Assembly: GCA_040902505.1 (NCBI GenBank)
Contig: JBBDXE010000032.1
Location: 112,399 to 176,398 of the forward strand
From: Dehalococcoidia bacterium
GTDB lineage: Bacteria > Chloroflexota > Dehalococcoidia > DSTF01 > JACRBR01
Length of the DNA: 64,000 nucleotides
Direction of reading: 5' to 3'
Part shown: piece after piece, positions 38,317 through 46,189 of the stretch
How positions within the stretch are numbered: position 1 is the first letter of the stretch
Layout: each line of letters opens with the position of its first letter
Notes under the pieces: model-generated
The model's database searches: none
What the model was told of the DNA's origin: nothing
The model's input: the letters and a program-made list of their open reading frames with translations, nothing else
Position numbers and translations under genes: made by a program

Positions 38317-39338
38317 CCGGCCCGGGCGCGCCCGGGCGCCAAGGCGCACAGCTGGTGCAGTACGAGCTGCAGGGCAGACTCGTCGTCCTGGAGACCGCGC
38401 TTCACGCTGAGGTCGGCTTCGAGCAGGAGCCCGTACGCCTCGGCGAGTTGCGCCCAGCTGTAGCGATTGGCCAGGGCTGTGACGGTGTTGAGCTTGAACG
38501 CCGGCACGCCCGCCACCCGCGCGACCTCATCCTGGCGGACGCGGCGCTCTCGCAGATCCTTCACGTGCACGAGCTGTCGGTAGTGCCGTGCGACCATGAA
38601 GGCCAGCATTGTCGCCGGCTGGCCCTCGTCGAGCAGGCGTCGGAGCGACCCGACGGCGCGGGCTTCGTCGCCGGCGACCACGGCATCGGTCATCTCCCAG
38701 ACCTTCGTCTCCTGGGCAGCGCTGACGAGCGCCTGCACCTGCTCGACATCGACCGTCCCACCGGCGCCGTAGGCCGCCAGCTTGTCCAGTTCGCTGTCCA
38801 GCGCCCACAGGTCCGGGCCGACGAGCTGCGCCAGGGCGCCCAGCGCGCGCGGTGCCAGTCGCAATCCTTTGCGCGCCGCACGTGCCTCAATCCACGGGGG
38901 CAGCTCGTTTTTCGTGAGGCCGAGGCATTCGGAGACCTCCGCAACGATCGAGAGCATCACGAGCGCGGGGTTCGTCTTCGAGAGCTCGCCGTCGACGAAC
39001 ACGACGACGGTGGTGGGCGGCACCTGCTCCGGATCGGCGAGCCGTGCGGCGAGGTCGCGCCAGGGCTGCAGCGCATCGTCGGCGCCGGCCTTCTTGCGCC
39101 CACGGCCGCGCTGCCCCTCGCCGAGATGCGCGAGCAGACCCTCGACGATCACGAGACGGGCGGACGCGAGGAAGGGGACGGCGGACGCGTGGAGGAGCAC
39201 CTCCTGCGGCGTGAGCTTCGAGCCGTCGAGGACGCTGGTGTTGCTCTCGAGGCCTTCGCCGAGGCCGTCGCGGATCTGCGTCAGAGCCTCGCGGATCTGG
39301 AAGTTGTCACGCCCGTAGAGGATGCGGATCACAAGCAC
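38283..39338 (-). CDS. holA: DNA polymerase III subunit delta
   Basis: About 350 aa with N-terminal ...ILYGRDNFQIREAL and HolA-like helical C-terminal region. The 3' end overlaps the convergent ABC gene by 34 nt. Confidence 0.7.
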   Translation of the reverse strand: MLVIRILYGRDNFQIREALTQIRDGLGEGLESNTSVLDGSKLTPQEVLLHASAVPFLASARLVIVEGLLAHLGEGQRGRGRKKAGADDALQPWRDLAARLADPEQVPPTTVVVFVDGELSKTNPALVMLSIVAEVSECLGLTKNELPPWIEARAARKGLRLAPRALGALAQLVGPDLWALDSELDKLAAYGAGGTVDVEQVQALVSAAQETKVWEMTDAVVAGDEARAVGSLRRLLDEGQPATMLAFMVARHYRQLVHVKDLRERRVRQDEVARVAGVPAFKLNTVTALANRYSWAQLAEAYGLLLEADLSVKRGLQDDESALQLVLHQLCALAPGRARAGYTRSAASRSG

Positions 39339-39372
39339 AGTGTAGAGGAGCGGGCGGTCAGGGCCGAGGATC

Positions 39373-39717
39373 TCAGCCGAGCGGGCCGAGACCGCTGAGC
39401 CGGCAGACGCGCTGCCCGTCGACGAAGGCGGTGGCGCTCATGCGGGCGCGTCCCGTGCGGCCGTCCTCGAGGCGGAGGAGGACTTCGCGAACGCCGCCGG
39501 CGAAGTACGCCGCGGCGACCTGGCCCGGCTCCTCGAGCTGGCTCAGGGTTGCGGTCCAGCCGGCGGCAGCGCTGGTGACTTCGGCCAGGCAGCGCGTGAG
39601 CATCCGTCCGTCGAGCGTGGCGGCGCTGGCCTTCTCGATGCGCCGGGGCGCGGGCAGGGCCAGTGGCATCGGGGCGATGGCCGGAGCTGAGAGCGCTGTC
39701 GACGGCGCGGGACGCAT
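39373..39717 (-). CDS. hypothetical protein (114 aa)
   Basis: ORF in genome-typical composition immediately upstream of holA on the same strand. No motif recognised. Confidence 0.4.
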   Translation of the reverse strand: MRPAPSTALSAPAIAPMPLALPAPRRIEKASAATLDGRMLTRCLAEVTSAAAGWTATLSQLEEPGQVAAAYFAGGVREVLLRLEDGRTGRARMSATAFVDGQRVCRLSGLGPLG

Positions 39718-39867
39718 CTGGATGGCCTTTCGGACGATGATCGGGATGTCGCTTCCTACCCTACTCCAGCATCGGTTGCCGCTGCGTAACGATTGATGAA
39801 AGGAGCATTAAGAGGCCGTTAACCGGCTCCCGCGTTGAGGCGGATGCCCAACCGACGGAGCGGGACA

Positions 39868-39915
39868 GGCCAGCGGCGGACGGCGTTCCCCGCCGGTCCG
39901 CGCCCGCCGCTGGCC
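39868..39915 (-). terminator. strong stem-loop 15 nt downstream of the radical SAM gene
   Basis: GGCCAGCGGCGG (39868-79) pairs perfectly with CCGCCGCTGGCC (39904-15). The 24-nt loop contains an inner CGGCG/CGCCG hairpin. No U-tract follows. Confidence 0.4.
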
Positions 39916-39929
39916 GTAACCCCCAGCGC

Positions 39930-40823
39930 TCACATCGCGAGCTTGAGCTGGCCAGCGGCCGGCTGCAGACGCTCGCGCGGGATCAGTCCGTACTTCGCGC
40001 GCAGCTCCGCGACGGTCTGATGCACGTCCTGCGTGTAGCTGCGCGGGGCATACGCGCCTCGGTAGTACTTCGCGTAGCGCTCGGCGAGGTGCGGGTAGGC
40101 CTCGCGCAGGAAGGGCATGAACCACTCCTTCGTCCCGGGCTTCAGGTAGAGGACGTTGTCGTGGACGTAGGACGCGCCGTGGTCACGGGCGGCCGACACG
40201 ACCTCCTCGAGCTTGCGCGGGTCGTCGGTGAGGCCGGGGAGCACCGGCGCGACGAGCACGCCGCACGTGACCCCCCGCTCGACGAGCACCTTCATCGCTT
40301 CCAGGCGCTTCACCGGCTTCGCCGTAGAGGGCTCGGTGCGGCGCCAGACGTCCTCATCGAGCGTCGCGATGCTGAAGTTCACCTGGACGTCGGCGACCTT
40401 CGTGAGGTCCTGGAGGATGTCGGCGTCCCGGATGACGAAGGGCGACTTGGTGATGATGCTGATGGGGTTGGCGAAGTCACGCAGCACCTTCAGGACGCGA
40501 TGGGTCAGTGAGTACTTCAGCTCGGCGGGCTGGTAGGGGTCGCAGGCCGTCCCGATGGCGATCGCCTCGCGGCGCCAACCGGGGCGGGAGAGGTCGGCGC
40601 GCAGGGCCTCGGGGGCGTTGACCTTCACGATCACCCGGCTCTCGAAGTCGCGGCCCGCGTCGTAGCCGAGGTATTCGTGGGTGGCCCGGGCGAAGCAGTA
40701 CGTGCAGGCGTGCTGGCAGCCCCGATAGGGGTTCAGCGTCCATCGGAAGGGCATGTTGGTGACGCTGACCCGGTTCACAGCGCTCTTGCACTCGATCTCT
40801 TCAAAGATGACAGGGATGGCCAT
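39930..40823 (-). CDS. radical SAM protein of the SplB-like 'DNA repair photolyase' group (COG1533-like)
   Basis: CQHACTYC (CxxxCxxC) cluster near the N-terminus, about 297 aa. ATG at 40823 after GAGGTGA; the ORF-track GTG at 40829 is an alternative. Confidence 0.75.
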   Translation of the reverse strand: MAIPVIFEEIECKSAVNRVSVTNMPFRWTLNPYRGCQHACTYCFARATHEYLGYDAGRDFESRVIVKVNAPEALRADLSRPGWRREAIAIGTACDPYQPAELKYSLTHRVLKVLRDFANPISIITKSPFVIRDADILQDLTKVADVQVNFSIATLDEDVWRRTEPSTAKPVKRLEAMKVLVERGVTCGVLVAPVLPGLTDDPRKLEEVVSAARDHGASYVHDNVLYLKPGTKEWFMPFLREAYPHLAERYAKYYRGAYAPRSYTQDVHQTVAELRAKYGLIPRERLQPAAGQLKLAM

Positions 40824-40913
40824 GGGCACTCACCTCTGGATGTTGTTTCCTCACTGTTGGGTCTTCCGGCAGCCCCCCGCTCCGTATGGGTGGGGTTTTG
40901 ACCAGCGTCCCGT

Positions 40914-40927
40914 AGAACGGGTGTTCT
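40914..40927. promoter_or_regulatory. LexA (SOS) box upstream of the radical SAM gene
   Basis: AGAACGGGTGTTCT has perfectly palindromic AGAAC/GTTCT arms with a 4-nt spacer. It lies 91 nt upstream of the ATG and 2 nt downstream of a -10-like hexamer. Confidence 0.6.
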
Positions 40928-40929
40928 GA

Positions 40930-40959
40930 TTTCTACACCCTCGCGGGCCTCCCCGTCAA
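40930..40959 (-). promoter_or_regulatory. candidate promoter of the radical SAM gene
   Basis: Minus strand reads TTGACG (40959-40954), 18-nt spacer, TAGAAA (40935-40930). Confidence 0.4.
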
Positions 40960-41167
40960 GCCCTCCAGGGTCACTAGAGGGAGGGCTCCTATGGGTCGTG
41001 GTGTTCCCAAGCCTCTTGGACGCAAGGAAGGAGAACGTAGACGCGGGGGCTGGAGCGGTGGAGCAGCGCGCGAGGATCCCTCGCCGGGCTCGGGATGACA
41101 ACGCTGCGACGGGCGGCTATCTGCCGACGGCCGGCTGGATTACGATTGGGCCGCGAAGGAGGCAGTC

Positions 41168-42019
41168 ATGGAGTTCGAGACCATCCTGTACGAGAAGGAA
41201 GGCGGGAAGGCGCGGATCACGCTCAACCGCCCAGAGAAGCTCAATGCCCTCTCGATGCGGCTGCAGCGAGAGCTGAACGAGGCGCTCTGGGAGGCCGACA
41301 ACGACGCGCAGGTCCACGTGACCATCCTCAAGGGCGCGGGGCGGGCCTTCTCGGCTGGGTACGACATGACGCCCATGGGCGGGGCGGGCACCCGGCCCGA
41401 CCGGGACGAGGCGTACACGAACGTCTACCGGGGCGGGGCGACCTTCGACGACGACGCGTGGCACCTGGAACGGCAGCAGCGGGAGCGGATGGCGATCTGG
41501 GACCTGCACAAGCCGGTCATCGCGCAGGTACACGGCTACTGCCTCGCCGGGGGCACGGACCTGGCGCTGCTCTGCGACATCGTCGTCGCGGCGGACGACG
41601 CGCGCATCGGCTTCCCGGCGGTGCGGGCGATGGGGTCGCCTGTCGCGCACATGTGGACGTATCTCGTGGGCCCGCAGTGGGCGAAGTACTTCCTGCTCAC
41701 GGGCGACAGCGTCACGGGCAAGCAGGCAGCAGAGATCGGTCTTGTGTGGAAGTCCGTCCCGGCCGGGCAGCTGGAGGCGGAGGTGGAGGGGCTGGCGTCG
41801 AAGATGGAGATGATCGACATCGAGCTGCTCTCGCCGAACAAGCGCATCGTCAACGTGGCGATGGAGATGATGGGGGCGCGGACCGTGCAGCGGATGGCGG
41901 CGGAGATGGACGCGCGGGGGCACCTGGCGCCGGCGGTGCGGGAGTTCGCGCGGATCGCAATGACGGACGGGTTGAAGGCGGCGCTGGACTGGCGGGACGG
42001 GAAGTTCGGCGACCGGTGA
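41168..42019 (+). CDS. enoyl-CoA hydratase/isomerase (crotonase) family protein
   Basis: Strong RBS GAAGGAGG. ARITLNRPEKLNALS ... KGAGRAFSAGYDM ... VHGYCLAGGTDLAL. Confidence 0.85.
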   Translation: MEFETILYEKEGGKARITLNRPEKLNALSMRLQRELNEALWEADNDAQVHVTILKGAGRAFSAGYDMTPMGGAGTRPDRDEAYTNVYRGGATFDDDAWHLERQQRERMAIWDLHKPVIAQVHGYCLAGGTDLALLCDIVVAADDARIGFPAVRAMGSPVAHMWTYLVGPQWAKYFLLTGDSVTGKQAAEIGLVWKSVPAGQLEAEVEGLASKMEMIDIELLSPNKRIVNVAMEMMGARTVQRMAAEMDARGHLAPAVREFARIAMTDGLKAALDWRDGKFGDR

Positions 42020-42028
42020 CCGGGTCGC

Positions 42029-42619
42029 CTAGGGGTGTGTCGCCAAAGCTGCGCGCACCGACTCCACCATGGCACGGCCGACGACCTCTACGGCCGTCGC
42101 CGAACGCGCCGCCCGGCTCAGGATGAACGCTCCCTCGAGAGCTGCCACAGCCTCAATCGCGAGGTCGCGAGCCCGAGATTCGGGGATGCCGGCGGAAGCC
42201 AGTCGCGAGGAGAGGGCAGCCAGCCATGTCTCGAAGACATCAGCGGTGGCCTGACGGAGCGGTTCGTTCGTGCTGGCGACCTCCAGCGCCACCGTCGCGA
42301 TCGGGCAGGCGTCGGCGTAGTCCGTGGCGCGGAGCGTCTCCGCGGCGCCCAAAAAGAAGTTCCTGATGCCGGTGACCACATCGGGCGAGGCGTCAACGAT
42401 GGATTCGAACAATCGCAGGTAGAACTCGCCCGAGCGCCGGATGACGGCGTCAGCCAGCTCTTCCTTGCCGCCGGGGAAGAAGTGATAGAGCGAGCCGAAC
42501 GGGGCGCTAGCCGTCTCGGCGATGCTCTTGATACCGGTGCCAGCGTAGCCCTGGCGCCGGAACAGCTCCGCGCTAGCCTCGATGATGCGTTCCTTTGTGC
42601 CGACTGGCGCCACCCTCAC
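42029..42619 (-). CDS. TetR/AcrR family transcriptional regulator
   Basis: KERIIEASAELFRRQGYAGTGIKSIAETASAPFGSLYHFFPGGKEEL HTH region. The start may be the GTG at 42613. Confidence 0.88.
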   Translation of the reverse strand: MRVAPVGTKERIIEASAELFRRQGYAGTGIKSIAETASAPFGSLYHFFPGGKEELADAVIRRSGEFYLRLFESIVDASPDVVTGIRNFFLGAAETLRATDYADACPIATVALEVASTNEPLRQATADVFETWLAALSSRLASAGIPESRARDLAIEAVAALEGAFILSRAARSATAVEVVGRAMVESVRAALATHP

Positions 42620-42663
42620 CTCCCGGGGGCTTGCAGATCCGCCCGAACCGATCGTACACTAGC

Positions 42664-42675
42664 TAGAACGTTCTA
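42664..42675. promoter_or_regulatory. perfect 12-nt palindrome, candidate TetR operator
   Basis: TAGAACGTTCTA in the 77-nt divergent region between the TetR gene and the membrane-protein gene, nested in CTAGCTAGAACGTTCTATC. Confidence 0.45.
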
Positions 42676-42696
42676 TCAAGAGAGATGGAGGGTTAG

Positions 42697-43152
42697 ATGG
42701 CAGCCGCATTGTCCCGCGCCGGTCAGGTCTCCAATTCCATGAGCCACGAGCGGAGGCTGGCTGTGCTGGGCGTCCTCATCGTCGCCTGCATGGTCTCCAC
42801 CACGGCCCACTACACGCACAACTACCTGGAGATCGAGCACTACCCGCCGTCGGGCCTCTTCAGCAACTCGACGATCAAGCTTGCGATCGTCGTCGCCTGG
42901 CCGGCCCTCACGGCGATCGGGATCCTGGGGTACTGGCTTTACGCCAGCCGGCGCTATGCGGCCTCGTATCCGCTGCTCGCGGTCTATTCCCTGCTCGGCA
43001 TCGCGACGCTGGGGCACTTCACCGAGGGGTCGCCGCACATTCCGCCGTTCTGGTACGCGACGATCTTCACGGACGCCCTGCTCGGCTTCGCGATCCTGGC
43101 GTTCGCTCACTGGTCGGCGGTGATGGCGGCCGGGCGAGATCGACGTGGGTGA
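42697..43152 (+). CDS. hypothetical 4-TM membrane protein
   Basis: RBS GGAGGG. Four hydrophobic segments. Divergent from the TetR gene. Confidence 0.55.
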   Translation: MAAALSRAGQVSNSMSHERRLAVLGVLIVACMVSTTAHYTHNYLEIEHYPPSGLFSNSTIKLAIVVAWPALTAIGILGYWLYASRRYAASYPLLAVYSLLGIATLGHFTEGSPHIPPFWYATIFTDALLGFAILAFAHWSAVMAAGRDRRG

Positions 43153-43173
43153 GGCGCCTGCACGTGCGAGCTG

Positions 43174-43716
43174 CTACTTCCCATGTAGGGAGTAGAACTC
43201 GTCGCGGAGGATGCCCATGATGTGCGTGTCGGTGTACTCGCCGCGGGCGAAGCGGTCCTGCCGCAGGCGGCCCTCCTCGACGAAGCCGCACTTCCGGTAG
43301 CAGGCGATGGCGCGGGCGTTGTCCGCGAAGACGCGCAGCTCCACGCGGTTCAGGTTCATCTCGTCGAAGCCGAAGCGGAGGAGCGTCACGATGGCGTCGG
43401 TGCCGTAGCCCTTCGCCCAGTATTCCTTCTCTCCGATCATGATGCCGAGGCTCGCCTTGCGCTCCTCGGGCACGATGATGTGATAGTTGAGTGACCCGAT
43501 GTGCACGCCATCCTTCGTGTCGATGGAGAAGGCGACGCGGTCGTACGCCATCGGCTGCGAGACGAGTTCCGAGAGCCACTTCTCCTCCGCCAGCAGGGAC
43601 ATTTGATAGCGCATCGAGAGGTGGCGCGTGACCTCGGTGTCGTTGATCCAGCGGGTGAAGTTCGCCAGATCGGTCATCTCTCGCGCGCGCAGGTTGACGA
43701 TCTTGCCTTCGATCAT
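43174..43716 (-). CDS. GNAT family N-acetyltransferase (RimJ/RimL-like)
   Basis: RBS GAGGAGGG. WAKGYGTDAIVTLLRFGFDEMNLNRVELRVFADNARAIACYRKCGF. Confidence 0.85.
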   Translation of the reverse strand: MIEGKIVNLRAREMTDLANFTRWINDTEVTRHLSMRYQMSLLAEEKWLSELVSQPMAYDRVAFSIDTKDGVHIGSLNYHIIVPEERKASLGIMIGEKEYWAKGYGTDAIVTLLRFGFDEMNLNRVELRVFADNARAIACYRKCGFVEEGRLRQDRFARGEYTDTHIMGILRDEFYSLHGK

Positions 43717-43741
43717 GATGCACCCTCCTCACTGGAAATGA

Positions 43742-43769
43742 GCAGGCCCACCATCGCTGGTGGGCCTGC
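43742..43769 (-). other. perfect 12-bp hairpin in the GNAT 5' region
   Basis: GCAGGCCCACCA-TCGC-TGGTGGGCCTGC. On the minus strand it is followed by TCATTTCC and then the RBS. Confidence 0.35.
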
Positions 43770-44000
43770 GTTCGCTCGACGGTTGCTTCTGTCAGGTACG
43801 GCGGGCGGTGGCAGGCCTCGGGACGCGATCGCAGGCCGACGAGAGGCGCGCCGCCCCTAGCACCTGCTGCATCGCGATGATCCTCGTCGTCCGCATCAGC
43901 CTTCCTCCGAAGTGGCGTGAGTATAGCCCATCGCCGTCATCGTGCGTGGCCACCTCGTGGGACGACCGTTAGACTGAGCGAAACTCGTACCGGAGGGCCG

Positions 44001-44993
44001 TTGAGCCTCGACCTCGCCGCCATCAACGAGCGTGTCCGCGCCCAGAGCCGCTTCATCGAGGGGGTGAAGGGGGAGGTGGCAAAGGTCATCGTCGGGCAGG
44101 ACCAGCTCGTCGAGCGGCTGCTGATCGGGATGCTGTGCCGCGGCCACGTCCTGATCGAGGGGGTGCCGGGGCTGGCGAAGACGCTGACGGTCAGCACTCT
44201 GGCCCGGGCGATCAACGCGAGCTTCGTCCGCATCCAATTCACGCCCGACCTCCTCCCCGCCGACATCACCGGCACGACGATCTTCAACCCGCAGGACAGC
44301 CAGTTCCACGTCCGGAAGGGGCCGATCTTCGCGAACATCGTCCTGGCCGACGAGGTGAACCGGGCGCCGGCCAAGGTGCAGTCGGCGCTGCTGGAGGCGA
44401 TGCAGGAGCGGCAGGTGAGCATCGGCGGGACGACGTTCCCGCTCGAAGAGCCGTTCATGGTGCTGGCGACGCAGAACCCGATCGAGCACGAGGGCACGTA
44501 CCCGCTTCCGGAGGCACAACTCGACCGGTTCATGCTGAAGGTGCACGTGACCTACCCCACGCGCGAGGAGGAGAAGCGCATCGTCGAGCGGTTCGCTCTG
44601 TCCGGCGAGGAGCCGGAGGTAGTGCGCATCGTGGGGCCGGAGGCCATCGTCAGCGCGATGCGCGCGATGCAAGACGTGCACATGGACGAGCGGCTGCGCG
44701 ACTACATCGTGCATCTGGTGTACGCCACACGGGAGCCGGAGGCGTACAAGTTGAAGGAGCTGCGCCCGCTCGTGGAGTACGGGGCCTCCCCCCGGGCGAC
44801 GATCTACCTCGCGCAGGCGGCGCGGGCTCACGCGTTTGTCGGGGGCCGGGGCTACGTGGAGCCCGACGACGTAAAAGCGGTGGCGCTCGATGTCCTGCGG
44901 CACCGCATCGTCGTCACGTACGAGGCGGAGGCGGAGAACGTGACCGCCGAGGACCTGGTCCGCCGCGTGCTAGCCGGCGTCGAGGTGCCTTGA
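44001..44993 (+). CDS. MoxR-family AAA+ ATPase
   Basis: VIVGQDQLVERLLIGMLCRGHVLIEGVPGLAKT (Walker A), ANIVLADEVNRAPAKVQSALLEAMQE (Walker B). TTG at 44001 after GGAGGG gives a typical 330 aa; the ORF-track start at 43917 is an alternative. Confidence 0.88.
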   Translation: MSLDLAAINERVRAQSRFIEGVKGEVAKVIVGQDQLVERLLIGMLCRGHVLIEGVPGLAKTLTVSTLARAINASFVRIQFTPDLLPADITGTTIFNPQDSQFHVRKGPIFANIVLADEVNRAPAKVQSALLEAMQERQVSIGGTTFPLEEPFMVLATQNPIEHEGTYPLPEAQLDRFMLKVHVTYPTREEEKRIVERFALSGEEPEVVRIVGPEAIVSAMRAMQDVHMDERLRDYIVHLVYATREPEAYKLKELRPLVEYGASPRATIYLAQAARAHAFVGGRGYVEPDDVKAVALDVLRHRIVVTYEAEAENVTAEDLVRRVLAGVEVP

Positions 44994-45158
44994 GTCTCCG
45001 TTATGTCGCCTAGACCCTTGACGCGCGCCACCTCCGATTTAGCACAAATCTGGTTGAATTTGGCCCCGAGCCGGGTACAGTTGTAAGCCCCCGCCCGGCC
45101 GCCCGCCACCGTGCATGAACGCGCCTGCCCGCCGAACGGAACGTGAGGTCCATCGCCT

Positions 45159-46181
45159 GTGGCGTTTTTCTCCGTGGCCTTCGCCGTAGCCTTCACCGTC
45201 GTGGCCGCGGTGGTGCCTCCCATCCACACACCCGGCCTCGCCGACGGTGAGGAGGCGTTATACCCCGCGCCGCCCGGCTACCTGCTGCCGTGGGCGGGGG
45301 GCGAGATCCACAGCGTCAGCCAGGGCGAAGAGACGACGTTCACTCACAACGGCCTTGCCGCCTACGCCTTCGACCTTGACCTTTCGTACGACGCGGTGAT
45401 CGCCGCCCGGCCCGGGCGGGTGACGCTGATCCGCGAGGACTCAAACACCGGTGGATGCAGCGCGCTGTTCTCGTCGTCGGCGAACTACGTGGTGATCGAC
45501 CACGGCGACGGAACATCGGCGCTCTACCTGCACCTGGCGTACGACTCGGTCCTCGTACAGCCGGGCGACCTGATCGAGCGCGGGCAGGCGATCGCCGTCT
45601 CAGGCGAGACGGGCCTGACGTGCGCGGACGACGAGAGCGGCCCGGGGGGCCACCTGCACTTCCAGGTGCAGCGCACCGAGGAGAATCGCTACTTCACGCA
45701 GTCGCTGCCGGTCACCTTCGACGACGTGCGCGCGGGCGAGGGTGTGCCTGCCGAAGGCACGTCGTACATGTCGGGCAACTACGGGCGGGGCAAGCCGCAG
45801 AAGGTGAAGCTCATACCGCGACGCGTCGAGCGTCCATTCAACCCCGTGGCGAAGCCCGCCGACCCGACACTCATCGAGGCGGACCCGGCGCCGGTCGCGC
45901 CGCCGGCGGATGCCATCGCGGAGACTCCCGAACCGGAGGTGCCAGCGGACACGCCATTGCCTGAGGACACCGCCGAGCCCGAACCGACCGAAACCGCGAC
46001 GGAAACGCCAACACCGACGCCGACGCACACGCCGACGGCGACGTGGACGCCCGTGCCGACGGAGACACCCACGCCGCTTCCAGATACCGCCACGCCCGAG
46101 CCGACTGCGACCGATACGGTCGAGGCGGCAACCGATACGCCGGAACCGGCGCCAACCGATACACCGACCCCGGAGGGCTGA
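45159..46181 (+). CDS. secreted M23 (LytM-type) metallopeptidase with Pro/Thr/Glu-rich C-terminal tail
   Basis: Signal-like AFFSVAFAVAFTVVAAVV. M23 motifs VVIDHGDGTSALYLHL and GGHLHFQV. The tail reads TPTPTPTHTPTATWTPVPTETPTP... Confidence 0.85.
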   Translation: MAFFSVAFAVAFTVVAAVVPPIHTPGLADGEEALYPAPPGYLLPWAGGEIHSVSQGEETTFTHNGLAAYAFDLDLSYDAVIAARPGRVTLIREDSNTGGCSALFSSSANYVVIDHGDGTSALYLHLAYDSVLVQPGDLIERGQAIAVSGETGLTCADDESGPGGHLHFQVQRTEENRYFTQSLPVTFDDVRAGEGVPAEGTSYMSGNYGRGKPQKVKLIPRRVERPFNPVAKPADPTLIEADPAPVAPPADAIAETPEPEVPADTPLPEDTAEPEPTETATETPTPTPTHTPTATWTPVPTETPTPLPDTATPEPTATDTVEAATDTPEPAPTDTPTPEG

Positions 46182-46189
46182 GGCCGCGA

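Noticed and set aside
45900-46181. Repetitive ACNCCNGAN-type DNA at the end of the M23 peptidase gene, checked as a possible CRISPR or repeat array
   Set aside because: It has no regular repeat-spacer structure. It simply encodes the Pro/Thr/Glu-rich low-complexity tail in frame.
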